Part shown: piece by piece, positions 47,659 through 58,532 of the stretch | Layout of the letters: every line of letters begins with the position of its first letter | Numbering within the stretch: position 1 is the first letter of the stretch | Made by a program: the position numbers and the translations under genes | Source of the DNA: Candidatus Latescibacterota bacterium | GTDB taxonomy: Bacteria; Latescibacterota; UBA2968; UBA8231 | Assembly (NCBI GenBank): GCA_965223905.1 | Contig: CBDCXV010000010.1 | Coordinates: 1,600,001 to 1,664,000, forward strand | Direction of reading: 5' to 3' | DNA: 64,000 nucleotides | Notes under the pieces: generated by a model | What the model was told of the DNA's origin: nothing | What the model saw: the letters and a program-made list of their open reading frames with translations, nothing else | Databases searched by the model: none

Positions 47659-50487
47659 CTACTTCAAATAGAGTAGCCGTTGCGTCTCCATCCGGCCGGG
47701 ATAGCTCAGGCGGATTATATACACCCCCGATGACAGCGAAGCGCCCTGCTCGCCGCGGGCATCCCATTGGACCCGGTGGGAGCCGGCGGCCTGGAACTGA
47801 TCCACCAAGGTGCGAACCGACTGGCCCAGAACATTGTAGATCACCAACTGCACCGGGCCGGGGTTCGACAGGTGGTAAGCGATCTGCGTCGAACTGTTGA
47901 AGGGGTTGGGAACACTAAGCGCCAGACCGCTGACCGAGGCCACGGGCTTGTCCGCTACGGAGAGCATCGCCGGTCCCTTGACCCGGACTTCCGCCCCTGC
48001 CTCGAGCTTCCGCCCCACCGCGTCGCACACCGCGTGGTCCTCGCTGCACTGCCCCGTGCCGTTCACATCCGCGGTCACGTCGCCGGTCCCCGAGGGCGTG
48101 ACCTGCACGCCCCACTCGCTGTTCCGCCCTTCCACCCAGCGCCACACGTGGGTGATGGTCCCGCCTTGGACGTTCACGGCGCCGCCCGCGATGGACCGGT
48201 AGCTGAAGTCGACCGGCTCGTGGCTGAATTTCAGGTGGAGGTCAAACGCGGTGCTCCCGTCGTGCTCTTCGGGAGGCTGCACCCAGCTCGCGGTGATGGG
48301 TCCCAGGGTCTCCGGCACCGGTTCTTCCGTGTATGTCTCCGGTCCCGGCACCGTGATCGAGGCGCTGCTGGCGAGCGCTTCGCCGTCCACGCAGACCGCG
48401 TTCGTCTCCGTGCATGCCCGCACCGGAAGCGTGATCGTGAGGTCTCCCTGGACCGAGGGTCTGATCGTCACCCGCCAGTCGGTGTTGCTTCCCGGGGTCA
48501 GCCGGCGCGCTTCGACGACGCTCCCTCCCGTCACATCGAGAAGGGATCCGCCCACCGTCTGGTAGCTCAGCCCCACCGGCTCCTTGCTGAACGTCAGGTC
48601 CACGACGAACTTGCTCGACCCGTCGTGGTGCTTGGGCGGGTTGGAGAACGTGGCTTTGAGCGCGGTCGGACTCACCGGGACCTCGTTGCGCGTGTTGCGC
48701 GTGTTGCGCGTGCTGCTGCCCTGCACGACCGTGCCGTTGTGGGCGAGCAGCGCGGCCGCCTGCGTTTCCGCGCTGCGGATGGTCCCGCCGTTCAAGGCCA
48801 GGCTGTTCGGCGTCACCGACACCGAGGTATAGGAGCTCTCGTTCTTGCCCAGGGTGTAGCTGAAAACCAGTGTGCTCGTGCCGCTGCCGCTCAGATATTC
48901 CGCGCTGTGCGCCGCCGAGCCGCCGAGCCGGATTTCGAGTGAGGGCGTCCCGCCCGAGGTGTTCACAGCCACCGCCTCGCTGAAGGAGAGCGTCACCTCG
49001 ACGCTCTCGCCCGCCGACCAGCTCCCGTCTTCGCCCTCACCGCTCACCTGCGGCGTCCCGTCCACCTCCGGCGGGTCCACCGCGACCTGCATCGACGTCG
49101 GCATGCTCAGCGTCAGGGTGCGCACGAGCCCATCGCTCCAAGTAAGCCCGGAGTTCTCCCAGATGTAGTGGCGGTCCTGGCCCGACCCCGCCGGCAGCGT
49201 CGTAACGCTGCCTGGACGCTTCGCACTGGCGAAGGTGAAGGCTTCGCCGCAGACATGCAGCGTCAGGCCTGCCTTCTCCGTCGCCGTCAACTCCGCGTCC
49301 GGGTTGGTCTCGCCGACCAGATGGAACACCAGCGCCCCCGGCGGCGCGGTCAGTAGCGACACAAGATCCCCGGTTTGGGCGAAGCGCATCACCAGCTCGC
49401 CGATCCGGTAGCGGTTGGTGCCGAGATCGATCGGCGCACTCCGCCCGGACAGGGTGCCGGTATCCCGGAACCAGCCATAGCCGACCAGCTCGTTCAGGCC
49501 CCCGGCCTCGTAGCGGCCCACCGTCAGTGTCTGCTGCCAGACCCGGCGGCGATTGGTGAGGGTGGGCGGGGCACACGCCGGCGTGTCGGCTACCGCCGTC
49601 ACGTCGATGGTCATGGTGTAGTCGGCCATGCTGTCCAACTCGCCGTCGTTCACCTTGAAGGTGAAGCTCGTATAGCCCGTGCCGCTGGCGTTCGCCGGCG
49701 GAACGTACTTGAAATTGCCGGCGTCAAGCTGGGCCTTCGTCACCGTTTGCGGCACGCTGCCGATCGCCGCATTGTTCAGTTGCAGCTCGCCGCTCGCCGG
49801 CAGCGTGACGATCTTCACGCTCTCCAGCTCATCGCCGGCGGTGTCGGCGAAATTGAAGTCGGACGCGGCGAATGCGTAGTCCGTGTCCTCATTGGTCGTC
49901 ACCGTCCCGTTCGAGGTAGTGGGGGCCGTGAGGATGCGGACGAGCCTGACCGGGACCACGTCGCCGTCCGACCAGGAGAGACCGGGATTCTCCCAAGCAT
50001 ACTCGCCTTTATCCGTATCAAACGTACCAGTGGGAAAGGACAATTCGACAGTACCGAGAGTCAGCTTGAGATCGGACTGACCGTCAAGAGCCGCGTTCAG
50101 CTGGTCTCCTGTCTGGCCTCCTATATTGTTATTGAGGATAAATATGAATCGAGGCGGAGTGTCCAACGAATCGTAGTGAAAACCAATCACCGAATAAAAG
50201 GTGCCGTCGTATTCGAAGGAACCTGAAGACAACGAACCAAAGCCATAGGTCCCATCCGGATCGTATCCGAACAGACCGGAGTCCTCCTCCACCGTCAAGG
50301 AAGCGCACCAGATTTCGCGGGGGTCCGTATCGTCGCAGTGGCTGAGGTTCTGGGCGAGAGCGGGCGCGCCCGCGGCGAGCAAGAGGACCGCCGCCGTGAT
50401 GCGGCGCAGCCATGTCATCACGGGTTGTCCGGTAGATAATGCAAGGGGGGTGAAAAGCGCACAGGCAAAAAGTCTTCTATACCGCAT
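47659..50487 (-). CDS. Large secreted protein: cadherin-like/Ig, two P..HDG..F repeats, C-terminal FlgD-Ig tail
   Basis: Signal peptide APALAQ; TNEDTDY...FTFKVNDG; PNPFNSST.I.Y...IYNVLGQ...WDA. Confidence 0.8.
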   Translation of the reverse strand: MRYRRLFACALFTPLALSTGQPVMTWLRRITAAVLLLAAGAPALAQNLSHCDDTDPREIWCASLTVEEDSGLFGYDPDGTYGFGSLSSGSFEYDGTFYSVIGFHYDSLDTPPRFIFILNNNIGGQTGDQLNAALDGQSDLKLTLGTVELSFPTGTFDTDKGEYAWENPGLSWSDGDVVPVRLVRILTAPTTSNGTVTTNEDTDYAFAASDFNFADTAGDELESVKIVTLPASGELQLNNAAIGSVPQTVTKAQLDAGNFKYVPPANASGTGYTSFTFKVNDGELDSMADYTMTIDVTAVADTPACAPPTLTNRRRVWQQTLTVGRYEAGGLNELVGYGWFRDTGTLSGRSAPIDLGTNRYRIGELVMRFAQTGDLVSLLTAPPGALVFHLVGETNPDAELTATEKAGLTLHVCGEAFTFASAKRPGSVTTLPAGSGQDRHYIWENSGLTWSDGLVRTLTLSMPTSMQVAVDPPEVDGTPQVSGEGEDGSWSAGESVEVTLSFSEAVAVNTSGGTPSLEIRLGGSAAHSAEYLSGSGTSTLVFSYTLGKNESSYTSVSVTPNSLALNGGTIRSAETQAAALLAHNGTVVQGSSTRNTRNTRNEVPVSPTALKATFSNPPKHHDGSSKFVVDLTFSKEPVGLSYQTVGGSLLDVTGGSVVEARRLTPGSNTDWRVTIRPSVQGDLTITLPVRACTETNAVCVDGEALASSASITVPGPETYTEEPVPETLGPITASWVQPPEEHDGSTAFDLHLKFSHEPVDFSYRSIAGGAVNVQGGTITHVWRWVEGRNSEWGVQVTPSGTGDVTADVNGTGQCSEDHAVCDAVGRKLEAGAEVRVKGPAMLSVADKPVASVSGLALSVPNPFNSSTQIAYHLSNPGPVQLVIYNVLGQSVRTLVDQFQAAGSHRVQWDARGEQGASLSSGVYIIRLSYPGRMETQRLLYLK

Positions 50488-51158
50488 GATGAGGTAATCC
50501 CTCCTCTGTGTGACGGGTGAATCGGCCCCCTATAAAACGGGGGCCGGGCCATATCCACCTCACGCAGAGTATGTGGGGCATTCCTGCCTATTCGCCAAGC
50601 AGCGGGAGGGGAGCGACCCCTCCACCTAATCATTATGCTAGGTATAACAAGAACCCAACATGTAGGTTCATTGAGTAATCGCGCAGAATATGCAGAACAT
50701 TCCGCTTACTGGTTAGTGAAGGGGAGCGCCCCCTTCACTAAGAAGCTATTTATAGAACAAGGGACACCAACATGCGGATTCCCTACGCAAGGTGGAGAGG
50801 AAAGAATATGTAAGCGTTTACAAAAAAGCAAGTGTCCAACCATCCGGCGGCGGTGCTCGGTAGCTGAAACCGCGAGCGTCATTCCCAGACCCCAGAACAT
50901 TGCAGCCGCGGCGATGAAATAGGTGCCAGACCACATAGGAGCAGAAGCAGCAAATTGTGGCACCCGAGGCGCATTGTGAGTGCTCACCACGCCATCGGCC
51001 AGTCTTGCCGTCCGAGTACACACGAGTGTATTTAAAGAAAAATACTCCCAATAACGTGAATTCGGGTTAAGCGGCCTTCTAACTGGAATCGTGCTTCCGC
51101 CTAGTAGCATACGTTTACGATGTATATTGTATATGTTTATAAAGTACTCCAGGAGAAG

Positions 51159-52027
51159 GTACGGTCCAGGTACATGGTTTACAGATCAGTCCAGGTACAT
51201 GGTTTACAGTTTCGTCCACCTTTGGGCACCTCAAGGAGGTGCTCACATGCCCTGGAACGAAACCTCAGCCATGGACCAACGAATGCATTTCATCGCCGAT
51301 TTCCTCGAGGACTACTTCCCCTTTTCCGAGCTGTGCCGTCGCTACGGCATCAGCCGTCCCACCGGCTACAAGTGGGTGCAGCGGTATGTCGACACAGGCG
51401 CTGCCGGCTTGATGGCGCAGTCGCGTAGACCGGTCCGTTGCCCGCACGCGCTGGGACGGCTCTCCCAACTGTCGGTCTGGTGGATCCGGCTCGGCATCTT
51501 GCCCGAGCGCATCCAGCCCGGTTGCCCGCAGCAGAATGGGCGCCACGAACGCATGCATGGCACGCTCAAGCGGGAGGCGACGATTCCCCCCCCCCGCGTC
51601 CCGCTTCGGACAGCAATACCGCTTTACCCGCTTCCGTCACGAATACAACCAGGAACGACGCCACGAGGCCTTGGGACAAAGACCTCCGGTCCTCTTCTAC
51701 CAGCCTTCGCCACGTCCTTTTCCCAGAAAGCTGCCGCCCCTACACTACCCTGCGCACTGGGAAGTTCGGCGGGTCAGTACTAACGGAGGCATCCGATGGA
51801 AGACCCATCGAGTAGCCGTCAGTAACGCCTTGCGTCAACAACCCATCGGCTTGGAACCCATTGACGACGGAGTCTGGGAGGTGTGGTTCGGTCCCCTTAG
51901 ACGGGGTCGCATGGACGAACGACAGCTCACCATCACCGACGCTTTGGGTAAAGCCGCTCGCCGGAAACTGTACACCATGTTGCCGGACTATTCTGTACAG
52001 GATGTACCCGACCGCTCAGAACCGACA
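51159..52027 (+). mobile_element. IS481-family remnant (internally deleted, frameshifted transposase)
   Basis: MPWNE...ELCRRYGISRPTGYKW; PQQNGRHERMH.TLK; YNQERRHEAL; sub-terminal GGTACATGGTTTACA repeats; ends ...ACA. Confidence 0.8.
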
Positions 52028-52051
52028 TGATCCCCCTCAACCAACAGCGGC

Positions 52052-52145
52052 CTGCTGCTGTCCACGCTGTTCACCCTGTTTCTGGTGCCTACGTTCCTCA
52101 GCCTGGCCATGGATCTGAGAGCCTGGATCGGCCGCGTCGGGAGGG
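52052..52145 (+). repeat. 94-bp direct repeat copy 2 (RND 3' end)
   Basis: Matches 46051-46144. Confidence 0.9.
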
Positions 52146-52257
52146 CGATGTAGCGAACAGATGCGGCAGGAATTCCTTCGCAGCCTGCCCGTGGGATCGA
52201 TGCCCCAAGTGGGCGATCGGAGGCGCCGACTCAGGCGATATCGGGCTGCGGTTCAGC

Positions 52258-53799
52258 TCACCGATTGCGCTGCGCGCTCATGCCTCGCACCAGACTGAAG
52301 CCGAGCAGCAGCAGCACGACCGCGAAGGGCAGACCTGTGGTCACCACCGCCGTCTGCAATGCCAGCAGCCCCCCACCCATGAGCAGCACGGCGGCGACGA
52401 CGCCCTCCATCGAAGCCCAGAACACCCTCTGGATCCGCGGCGGATCCAGATGGCCGCCTGCGGTGATGATGTCTACGACGAGGGAGGCCGAATCCGAGGA
52501 GGTGACGAAGAAGGTGATGACGATGCACACCGCGAGCGTCACGGTGAGCGACGTCAGTGGATAGTGTTCGAGCAGCTGAAAGAGGGCAACCGCGACGTCT
52601 TCTTTCACAGCCGCGGCGATGCCGCCGGCGCCGAAGAGCTCGACGTGCAGTGCGGCATTCCCGAACACGGTCAGCCACACGCAGGTGGCCAGGGTGGGTA
52701 CGAGCAGGATGGCACCGACGAATTCGCGCACTGTGCGGCCGCGCGACACACGGGCGACAAAAATCCCGACAAAAGGAGACCAGGCGATCCACCAGGCCCA
52801 GTAGAAGAGGGTCCAGCCGTGCTGCCAGCCTGTGTTGCGGTAGGCCTCGGTCCAGAGGCTCAGCCGCGGCAGCTCCTGTATGTAGATGCCGAAGTTCTGC
52901 ACGAGGGCATCGAGCAGGTAACGGGTGGGGCCGGCCGCCACTACGAACAGCAGCAACAGACAGGCCAGGATGACGTTGAGTTGACTCAGGCGTCGAATTC
53001 CCCGGTCGACGCCGAGGACCACGGAGATCGTCGCCATGGCCGTGATTCCGGCGATCAGACCCACCTGCACCGTCACGTCTTGCGGGATGTCGAAGAGGTA
53101 GGCGAACCCGGCGTTGACCTGTTGCGCACCCAGTCCCAGGGACGTGGCCAGGCCGAAGATCGTCGCCAGCGTCGCCAGTATGTCGATCACGTCCCCGGCC
53201 AAACCGTGGATTCGCTCCCCCAGGAGCGGGTAGAAAGTGGAGCGCACCGTCAGCGGCAGGCCGCGATTGTAGGCGAAGTAGGCCAGGGCCAGCGCCATCA
53301 GACCGTAGAGTCCCCAGGCGTGAAATCCCCAGTGGAAGAAGGTGATGCCCATGGCCAGGCGGGCGGCCTCGGCGGTACGCGGCTCCCCCCACGGGGGGCT
53401 GCCGAAATGGTAGATAGGCTCGGCCACACTCCAGAACATCAACCCTATGCCCATGCCGGCGCTGAACAGCATCGACAGCCAGCCCCAGTAACTGAAGTCG
53501 GGGCGCGCTTCGTCGCCGCCCAGACGAACGCGGCCGTGGCGGCTGAAAAGAAAAAACAGGACGATGGCCAGATAGACGTTCACACAGAGCACGAAGAACC
53601 ATCCCGCCTGCCCCGTGATGAACCCGAGAACAGCGTCGAAGATCTCGGTCATCCCGCTCAGGTTCAGCAGAGTGAACGCGACGAAGAGGACCACCAGGGC
53701 CGCCGAGGCCCAGAAGACGGTCTGGTTTATTTCGAGACCGAGCCGGTTCCGCCGCCCGGGCTTGGAGGGGTCTGCCAGCGAACCAGCGCTACCGCTCAT
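52258..53799 (-). CDS. BCCT-family betaine/choline/carnitine transporter
   Basis: SMLFSAGMGIGL, FHWGFHAW, WTLFYWAWWIAWSPFVG.F.AR.SRGRT, FFVTSSDS. Confidence 0.92.
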   Translation of the reverse strand: MSGSAGSLADPSKPGRRNRLGLEINQTVFWASAALVVLFVAFTLLNLSGMTEIFDAVLGFITGQAGWFFVLCVNVYLAIVLFFLFSRHGRVRLGGDEARPDFSYWGWLSMLFSAGMGIGLMFWSVAEPIYHFGSPPWGEPRTAEAARLAMGITFFHWGFHAWGLYGLMALALAYFAYNRGLPLTVRSTFYPLLGERIHGLAGDVIDILATLATIFGLATSLGLGAQQVNAGFAYLFDIPQDVTVQVGLIAGITAMATISVVLGVDRGIRRLSQLNVILACLLLLFVVAAGPTRYLLDALVQNFGIYIQELPRLSLWTEAYRNTGWQHGWTLFYWAWWIAWSPFVGIFVARVSRGRTVREFVGAILLVPTLATCVWLTVFGNAALHVELFGAGGIAAAVKEDVAVALFQLLEHYPLTSLTVTLAVCIVITFFVTSSDSASLVVDIITAGGHLDPPRIQRVFWASMEGVVAAVLLMGGGLLALQTAVVTTGLPFAVVLLLLGFSLVRGMSAQRNR

Positions 53800-54650
53800 G
53801 ACCGGCTCAACTTGCGAAACGCGAAAATTCCCCAGACGAGGTAGCCCCTTTCTCCGCCCTCGACCCATCGCGCCAGACCGCGCTTCATGTTACTCAGGTA
53901 GTCTTCGCTGATCTGATCGCGCAGCTCGGACTCGCGTGTTTCCGTTTGGTCCAACACCTCTCCATAATGGCGTACGAGATGATGCGTGAGGTCGGTGAAA
54001 CCGGTTTCCTCGAGAGGGTATTCCGTCGCCGTTCCCCGGTAGAAATCGGGAGAGGCCAAGCTGGTCAGGTGAATCCGCGCAAGGATCGGATCGAGGACGC
54101 CCGGGGGGCAATCGTCCGCCTGCATGATGTCGGTGAAGGCGAAAACTCCACCCGGCTTGAGCACGCGAACCGCTTCACCGACTACCCGGTCGCGCCGGTC
54201 GCTGTGCAACAGAGCGTCCTGTGAGAACACCGCATGGAAGCTGTTGTCGTCCGCCGGCACCGACTCGAAGCTGCCGTCGACGATCTCAACCCGGTCTGAC
54301 AGCCCCTGCTCGGCGTTGAGTCCCCGCGCCCGGGCGTTCTCCATCTCACTCAGGTTCAGCCCTGTGACCCGGCACCCGTACATCCCGGCTACATACCGGG
54401 CCGGGCCGCCATACCCGGAGCCCATGTCCAGCACGCGTGCCCAGTCGCCCAGCGGCTCCAGAGTGCGCGCCAGGCGTGCCGTTGCCCGACGACTCGCCTC
54501 GGCGATGCTGTCCCCTTCGCGATGATACATGCCGATGTGGATGTCCTCGCCACCCCAGATCGTCGAGTAGAAGGCTTCGGCATCATCGCTGTTGTAGTAG
54601 TCCCGGGCGGTCTGGACGACCTCGGAATATTCTGAAATCCCGGTCGTCAT
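53796..54650 (-). CDS. sdmt: Sarcosine/dimethylglycine N-methyltransferase
   Basis: YYNSDDA..FY..IWGGEDIHIG, LDMGSGYGG, SQDALLH, RIHL; coupled to GSMT. Confidence 0.85.
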   Translation of the reverse strand: MTTGISEYSEVVQTARDYYNSDDAEAFYSTIWGGEDIHIGMYHREGDSIAEASRRATARLARTLEPLGDWARVLDMGSGYGGPARYVAGMYGCRVTGLNLSEMENARARGLNAEQGLSDRVEIVDGSFESVPADDNSFHAVFSQDALLHSDRRDRVVGEAVRVLKPGGVFAFTDIMQADDCPPGVLDPILARIHLTSLASPDFYRGTATEYPLEETGFTDLTHHLVRHYGEVLDQTETRESELRDQISEDYLSNMKRGLARWVEGGERGYLVWGIFAFRKLSRS

Positions 54651-55468
54651 CAGGCCAAGCTCTTTTCTGCCACATGGACGAAGAAATCGGGTTCCAGGTC
54701 GTCGTACTCCGCCTGGAAGTCACCAAAGGTCTCCACCCGCTGGAAACCGACTTCTTTCAGCAACCGCCGCGTGTAATCCCGGCGGAGCGGAAACATGTTC
54801 AGGTGGAAGGTGGAGCCATCCTTGAATCGGTATGCAAAACGAGCAAGACCGTCATCGACATGCTCGGGCTCGACCACGATGTCGTCACCGCAGTAGTAGA
54901 ACGCCTGCTTGCACCTGTACCCGCTGTCGAGGATCGCGTCGTAGTTGCGCTGATCGAGAATGAGGAAGCCGTCGTGATTGAGAACGGCGTAGAACTCGGC
55001 CAGGGCCTTGCGGCGGTCCCGCTCCTTGAAAAGGTGCGTGAAAGAGTTGCCCAGACAGATGACGGCATCGAAGGTTTCGTGGATATCGCGGTTGAGGAAA
55101 CGCCAGTCCGCCTGCACGGTGCGCAGGAGCAGTCCTCGCCGACGAGCGTTCTCGAATGCCTGGCACAACATCGCCGGACTGCCATCGGCGCTGACCACAT
55201 CGAAGCCGGCCTTCAACAGCCGCACCGAGTGAAACCCGGTGCCGGTGGCGACATCGAGGACGCGGCTGGCGCCGCGCTCCTGCAGCCGCTCGATGAAGAA
55301 GTCCCCTTCCCCTTCGGCCCGTTGTTCCCAATCGATCAGCTCATCCCACTTCTCGACGAAGCTATGGATGTACTCCGCCTTGTAATGGTCGGTCTCGCGA
55401 ACCTCGACCGGTTCGGAGCCGTATTCCTGGTGCCGGGGTGTGAGTATCGCTGCACTTGCCGAACTCAT
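54650..55468 (-). CDS. gsmt: Glycine/sarcosine N-methyltransferase
   Basis: TDHY..EY...FVEKWDELIDW, LDVATGTGFHS, CLGNSFTHL, DQRNYD, YYCG. Confidence 0.88.
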   Translation of the reverse strand: MSSASAAILTPRHQEYGSEPVEVRETDHYKAEYIHSFVEKWDELIDWEQRAEGEGDFFIERLQERGASRVLDVATGTGFHSVRLLKAGFDVVSADGSPAMLCQAFENARRRGLLLRTVQADWRFLNRDIHETFDAVICLGNSFTHLFKERDRRKALAEFYAVLNHDGFLILDQRNYDAILDSGYRCKQAFYYCGDDIVVEPEHVDDGLARFAYRFKDGSTFHLNMFPLRRDYTRRLLKEVGFQRVETFGDFQAEYDDLEPDFFVHVAEKSLA

Positions 55469-55786
55469 TGTGTGCATTCCGTTCCGATTTGTGGTGAGAG
55501 GATAAGTGTTCAATGTATACACCATACGATTCGGATGCAATCCCCGGTCATTTTCATGTGTATTTCCGTAAATAACTGATTATTATTTATATACATCCAC
55601 AAATTCCCATAATGTCGGACCGAAATCACTCTTCATTCAGGGAGATATGTGTGTATATTATTTACACATACCCTTGATTGAACTGCGCAGAAAATACACA
55701 TGTGTGATATCCCCGAGATTCTCGCGGACATCCCTATGTGGGGGGATACACGGGCCTTGCGACAGGAGGAACGAAGGGGATGCCAT

Positions 55787-55809
55787 GCCTGCAAAAAATG
55801 CAGGCATGC
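55787..55809 (-). terminator. Hairpin after the sigma54 regulator gene
   Basis: ATGCCTGCA-AAAAA-TGCAGGCAT; no clear U-tract. Confidence 0.35.
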
Positions 55810-55811
55810 AG

Positions 55812-57158
55812 TCACTCGATACCGTAGCGCTCGAGTTTGTTGTACAGGGCGCGGCGACTGATACCGAGAATCTGTGCCGTCCGCTGACGGTTATTCCCGG
55901 TGGAGCGCAGGGTGCGGACGATTATTTCGCGCTCTACTTCCTGCAGAGTGGCCCCGATGCGGAAACTCACAGTCCCCGAGCCGGGTGCGGTCGCCCCGCC
56001 GCGCAGTCGGGCCGGCAGGTGGTCGGGAGAGACGATCTCGCCGGCGCACAGCAGCACGGCGCGCTGCATCACGTTGCGCAGCTCCCTCACGTTGCCCGGC
56101 CACGGGTAGGATTCCAAAAGGCCGCTGCATTCGGGCGTCAGGCCGATAACCCGCTTCTGGTAGGCGCGGTTGTATCGCTGGATGAAGTGGCCGGCGAGCA
56201 GGGGGATATCTCCATGTCGATCCCGGAGCGGGGGCATGTTGATCCGGAACACGTCGAGACGATAGAAGAGATCGTCCCGGAAGTCCCCCTCGCGGACCAG
56301 GGCGGGAAGATCGGCATTGCTGGCGGCGAGAAGCCTTACGTCGGCGGAAACAGAACGCGTGCCGCCGAGCCGGCGGAACCGTCGCTCTTCGAGAAAACGC
56401 AGGAGGCTGACCTGCTCCCGGTCGGCTACGGCGGCGATCTCGTCGAGGAAGACGGTGCCGCCTCTGGCCTGCTCGAAACGGCCGGCGTGCCTGCTGTCAG
56501 CCCCGGGGAAGGCGCCCTTCTCATAGCCGAACAGTTCACTGGCCACATGCTCAAACGGGATGGCGCCGACGTTCACAGTGACATAGGGGCCTTCGTGCCG
56601 GAAGCTCTGCCGGTGAATGGCGCGCCCGACCAGATCCTTCCCCGTTCCGGTCTCACCCTGAATCAGCACGGGGATGTCCGTTGCCGCGGCCTGGCGGATG
56701 CCGCGGTAGATCTCCTGCATCGTCGCCGATCCCCCGACGAGGTCGTCGAAGCCTTCGTCATCGCTCTTCAGCAGCTGGTTGGTGCCCACCTGGGGCCGCT
56801 GTTCCCAGGCGGTCTCGAGCAACGCCTGAAGCTCCTCGTCTGCTACCGGCGTACGGGCGTACTGATACGTGCCGGCGCGCAACACCGATCGAACCATACC
56901 CACATGGGCCTGCTCCACGACGAAGAGCACCTGCGTTACCGGACACTGGGCAGCAAGCACCTCGAGGGTTTCCAGGCCGTCCTGGCTTTCCCGGAACACC
57001 TGACCCGTCGCCAACAGGATTTCGTACGTGTCGGTCTCGAAGCGGTCGAGAATACGATCGAAGCTGCTTTCCCAGGCAACTTCGACATCCCGGTCGCGAA
57101 ACAGCTCTCCCACCCGCCGTTTCAGGTCCAAGTCCCTCGAGACAGTGAGGATACGCAT
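55812..57158 (-). CDS. Sigma54-dependent (NtrC-like) activator with degenerate receiver domain
   Basis: GETGTGKD, ELFGYEKGAFPGA (GAFTGA variant), FLDEI, WPGNVREL, Fis-type HTH. Confidence 0.88.
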   Translation of the reverse strand: MRILTVSRDLDLKRRVGELFRDRDVEVAWESSFDRILDRFETDTYEILLATGQVFRESQDGLETLEVLAAQCPVTQVLFVVEQAHVGMVRSVLRAGTYQYARTPVADEELQALLETAWEQRPQVGTNQLLKSDDEGFDDLVGGSATMQEIYRGIRQAAATDIPVLIQGETGTGKDLVGRAIHRQSFRHEGPYVTVNVGAIPFEHVASELFGYEKGAFPGADSRHAGRFEQARGGTVFLDEIAAVADREQVSLLRFLEERRFRRLGGTRSVSADVRLLAASNADLPALVREGDFRDDLFYRLDVFRINMPPLRDRHGDIPLLAGHFIQRYNRAYQKRVIGLTPECSGLLESYPWPGNVRELRNVMQRAVLLCAGEIVSPDHLPARLRGGATAPGSGTVSFRIGATLQEVEREIIVRTLRSTGNNRQRTAQILGISRRALYNKLERYGIE

Positions 57159-57858
57159 GGTGTGATGGTACCCTTGCAGCGGCGGCAAGCGCAAGGCACC
57201 GGCCAGCTTCCGCCAAATGGGCCTGGGACAGCTTTGTCGGGCCGGCCTCTGCTCCCGTGCATCCGAGAAACGACGGGGTGGGAATCAACGCGACACGACT
57301 GCCGATCAAGAAGGTGCTGGCCAGCCTCAGAGCGGCGCGCTATCCGAACGAGAGCGGGACGGTCCGCGCCCTCCCTGACCAGTGACAGCCAGACCGGAGC
57401 TCCATCCACAACGATTGACGAAAGGAGGTGATGTGATGATCGATTCACGCATTGCCAAGGCAACCAACCTGCTGATGGACGTCATCAACGAGCACCACGG
57501 TCCCGGTGGTGCGCGCGGCAAACACTACGACGCCCTTCGATATTACTATCAGCTCAGAGCGCATATGGAGCGGCTCGTCCAACGGTACCCCGTGTTGCCC
57601 GACATCCCGTCCAAAGAAATGACCGATCCTGACGGCGTTTTCCAACGCCTCCCGCGCGTTCGAAAACGCGGGTTCAGGAACTCAAGGGTCATCGCCCCCA
57701 GCAAGACCAGGGACGCAATCGGAGTAAAAAAGCCGTTGGCGATATCGACATTGAAACCATAGGTGCGCCGGTCCGCGTAAGAACCGTCGTATTGGCGGAT
57801 GCACTCATGTCGCCATCCAAAGAAACGACCGGAATTCGCTAGGATCTCTCCTAAAAAA

Positions 57859-58248
57859 CTAAGGCGCGGAAACACCCATCGAAGCGTGGATCTGTGAAAA
57901 CATCCACAACTGGTCAACTTTTTCGAGGACACCGGTCATTCGCATCACGAACTCCTCTCTCGTACCTCGCCATTTCAGTCGCCAGACCTGGCGCGTGTAG
58001 AACCATGCGACGTTGTCCCGTTCATGGACGTCAAGGTTGATAAACTTTATGCTGAAATCCTCTGTGCTCGCGACGTGGTTCCGGTAATACGCCGCGATCT
58101 CTGCGCTCCCCTCAACAACTTCGTCAGCGTCGGTACCGATTTTAACATAGTGAGATGCAGGGAGCATCATTGCGATGAGGGTTTCCGCATCTCCAATAAC
58201 AAGGGCGTCAAAATACGCCCGCACCGTATCATGCGCATCCGGCATCAT
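57859..58248 (-). CDS. SnoaL/NTF2-like protein
   Basis: IGTDADE, VAW, MRMTGVL....W...QIHAS. Confidence 0.75.
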   Translation of the reverse strand: MMPDAHDTVRAYFDALVIGDAETLIAMMLPASHYVKIGTDADEVVEGSAEIAAYYRNHVASTEDFSIKFINLDVHERDNVAWFYTRQVWRLKWRGTREEFVMRMTGVLEKVDQLWMFSQIHASMGVSAP

Positions 58249-58532
58249 GGAGTCCCGTTAGATCGTTCCATATGGTGGGCTGCCACGTCCAGTGCAGCAT
58301 GTTGATCGTCTCCTCATCCGGTTTCAAAACCGCCTCCTTCATTTAATTTGCGAGTACCATTGTCCCGCACACAGGAACGATAAGGCTCCTTATCCGATAC
58401 TTTGTCAAGACGCTCGGGGGGGCTACGATCGGGGGTTCGATGCCGAGCGGACGAGGCAGGCACCCGGATCCAAGGCGGCAGAACGAGCGGTGATCTTCTG
58501 TTCTCCGGGCGGCACTCGACAACAGGAGGCAC

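Noticed and set aside
48684-48712. Short tandem repeats (GTTGCGCGT x3; also CGGCGTT-like units near 41608-41635)
   Set aside because: Low-complexity linker coding sequence with no further significance evident
50713-50741. Perfect 12-bp hairpin TTAGTGAAGGGG/CCCCTTCACTAA in the AT-richer intergenic region
   Set aside because: Single occurrence, no U-tract or recognisable riboswitch; function unsupported
55505-55530. Sigma54 promoter for gsmt (minus strand TGGTGT-N5-TTGA)
   Set aside because: Lacks the conserved GC at -12
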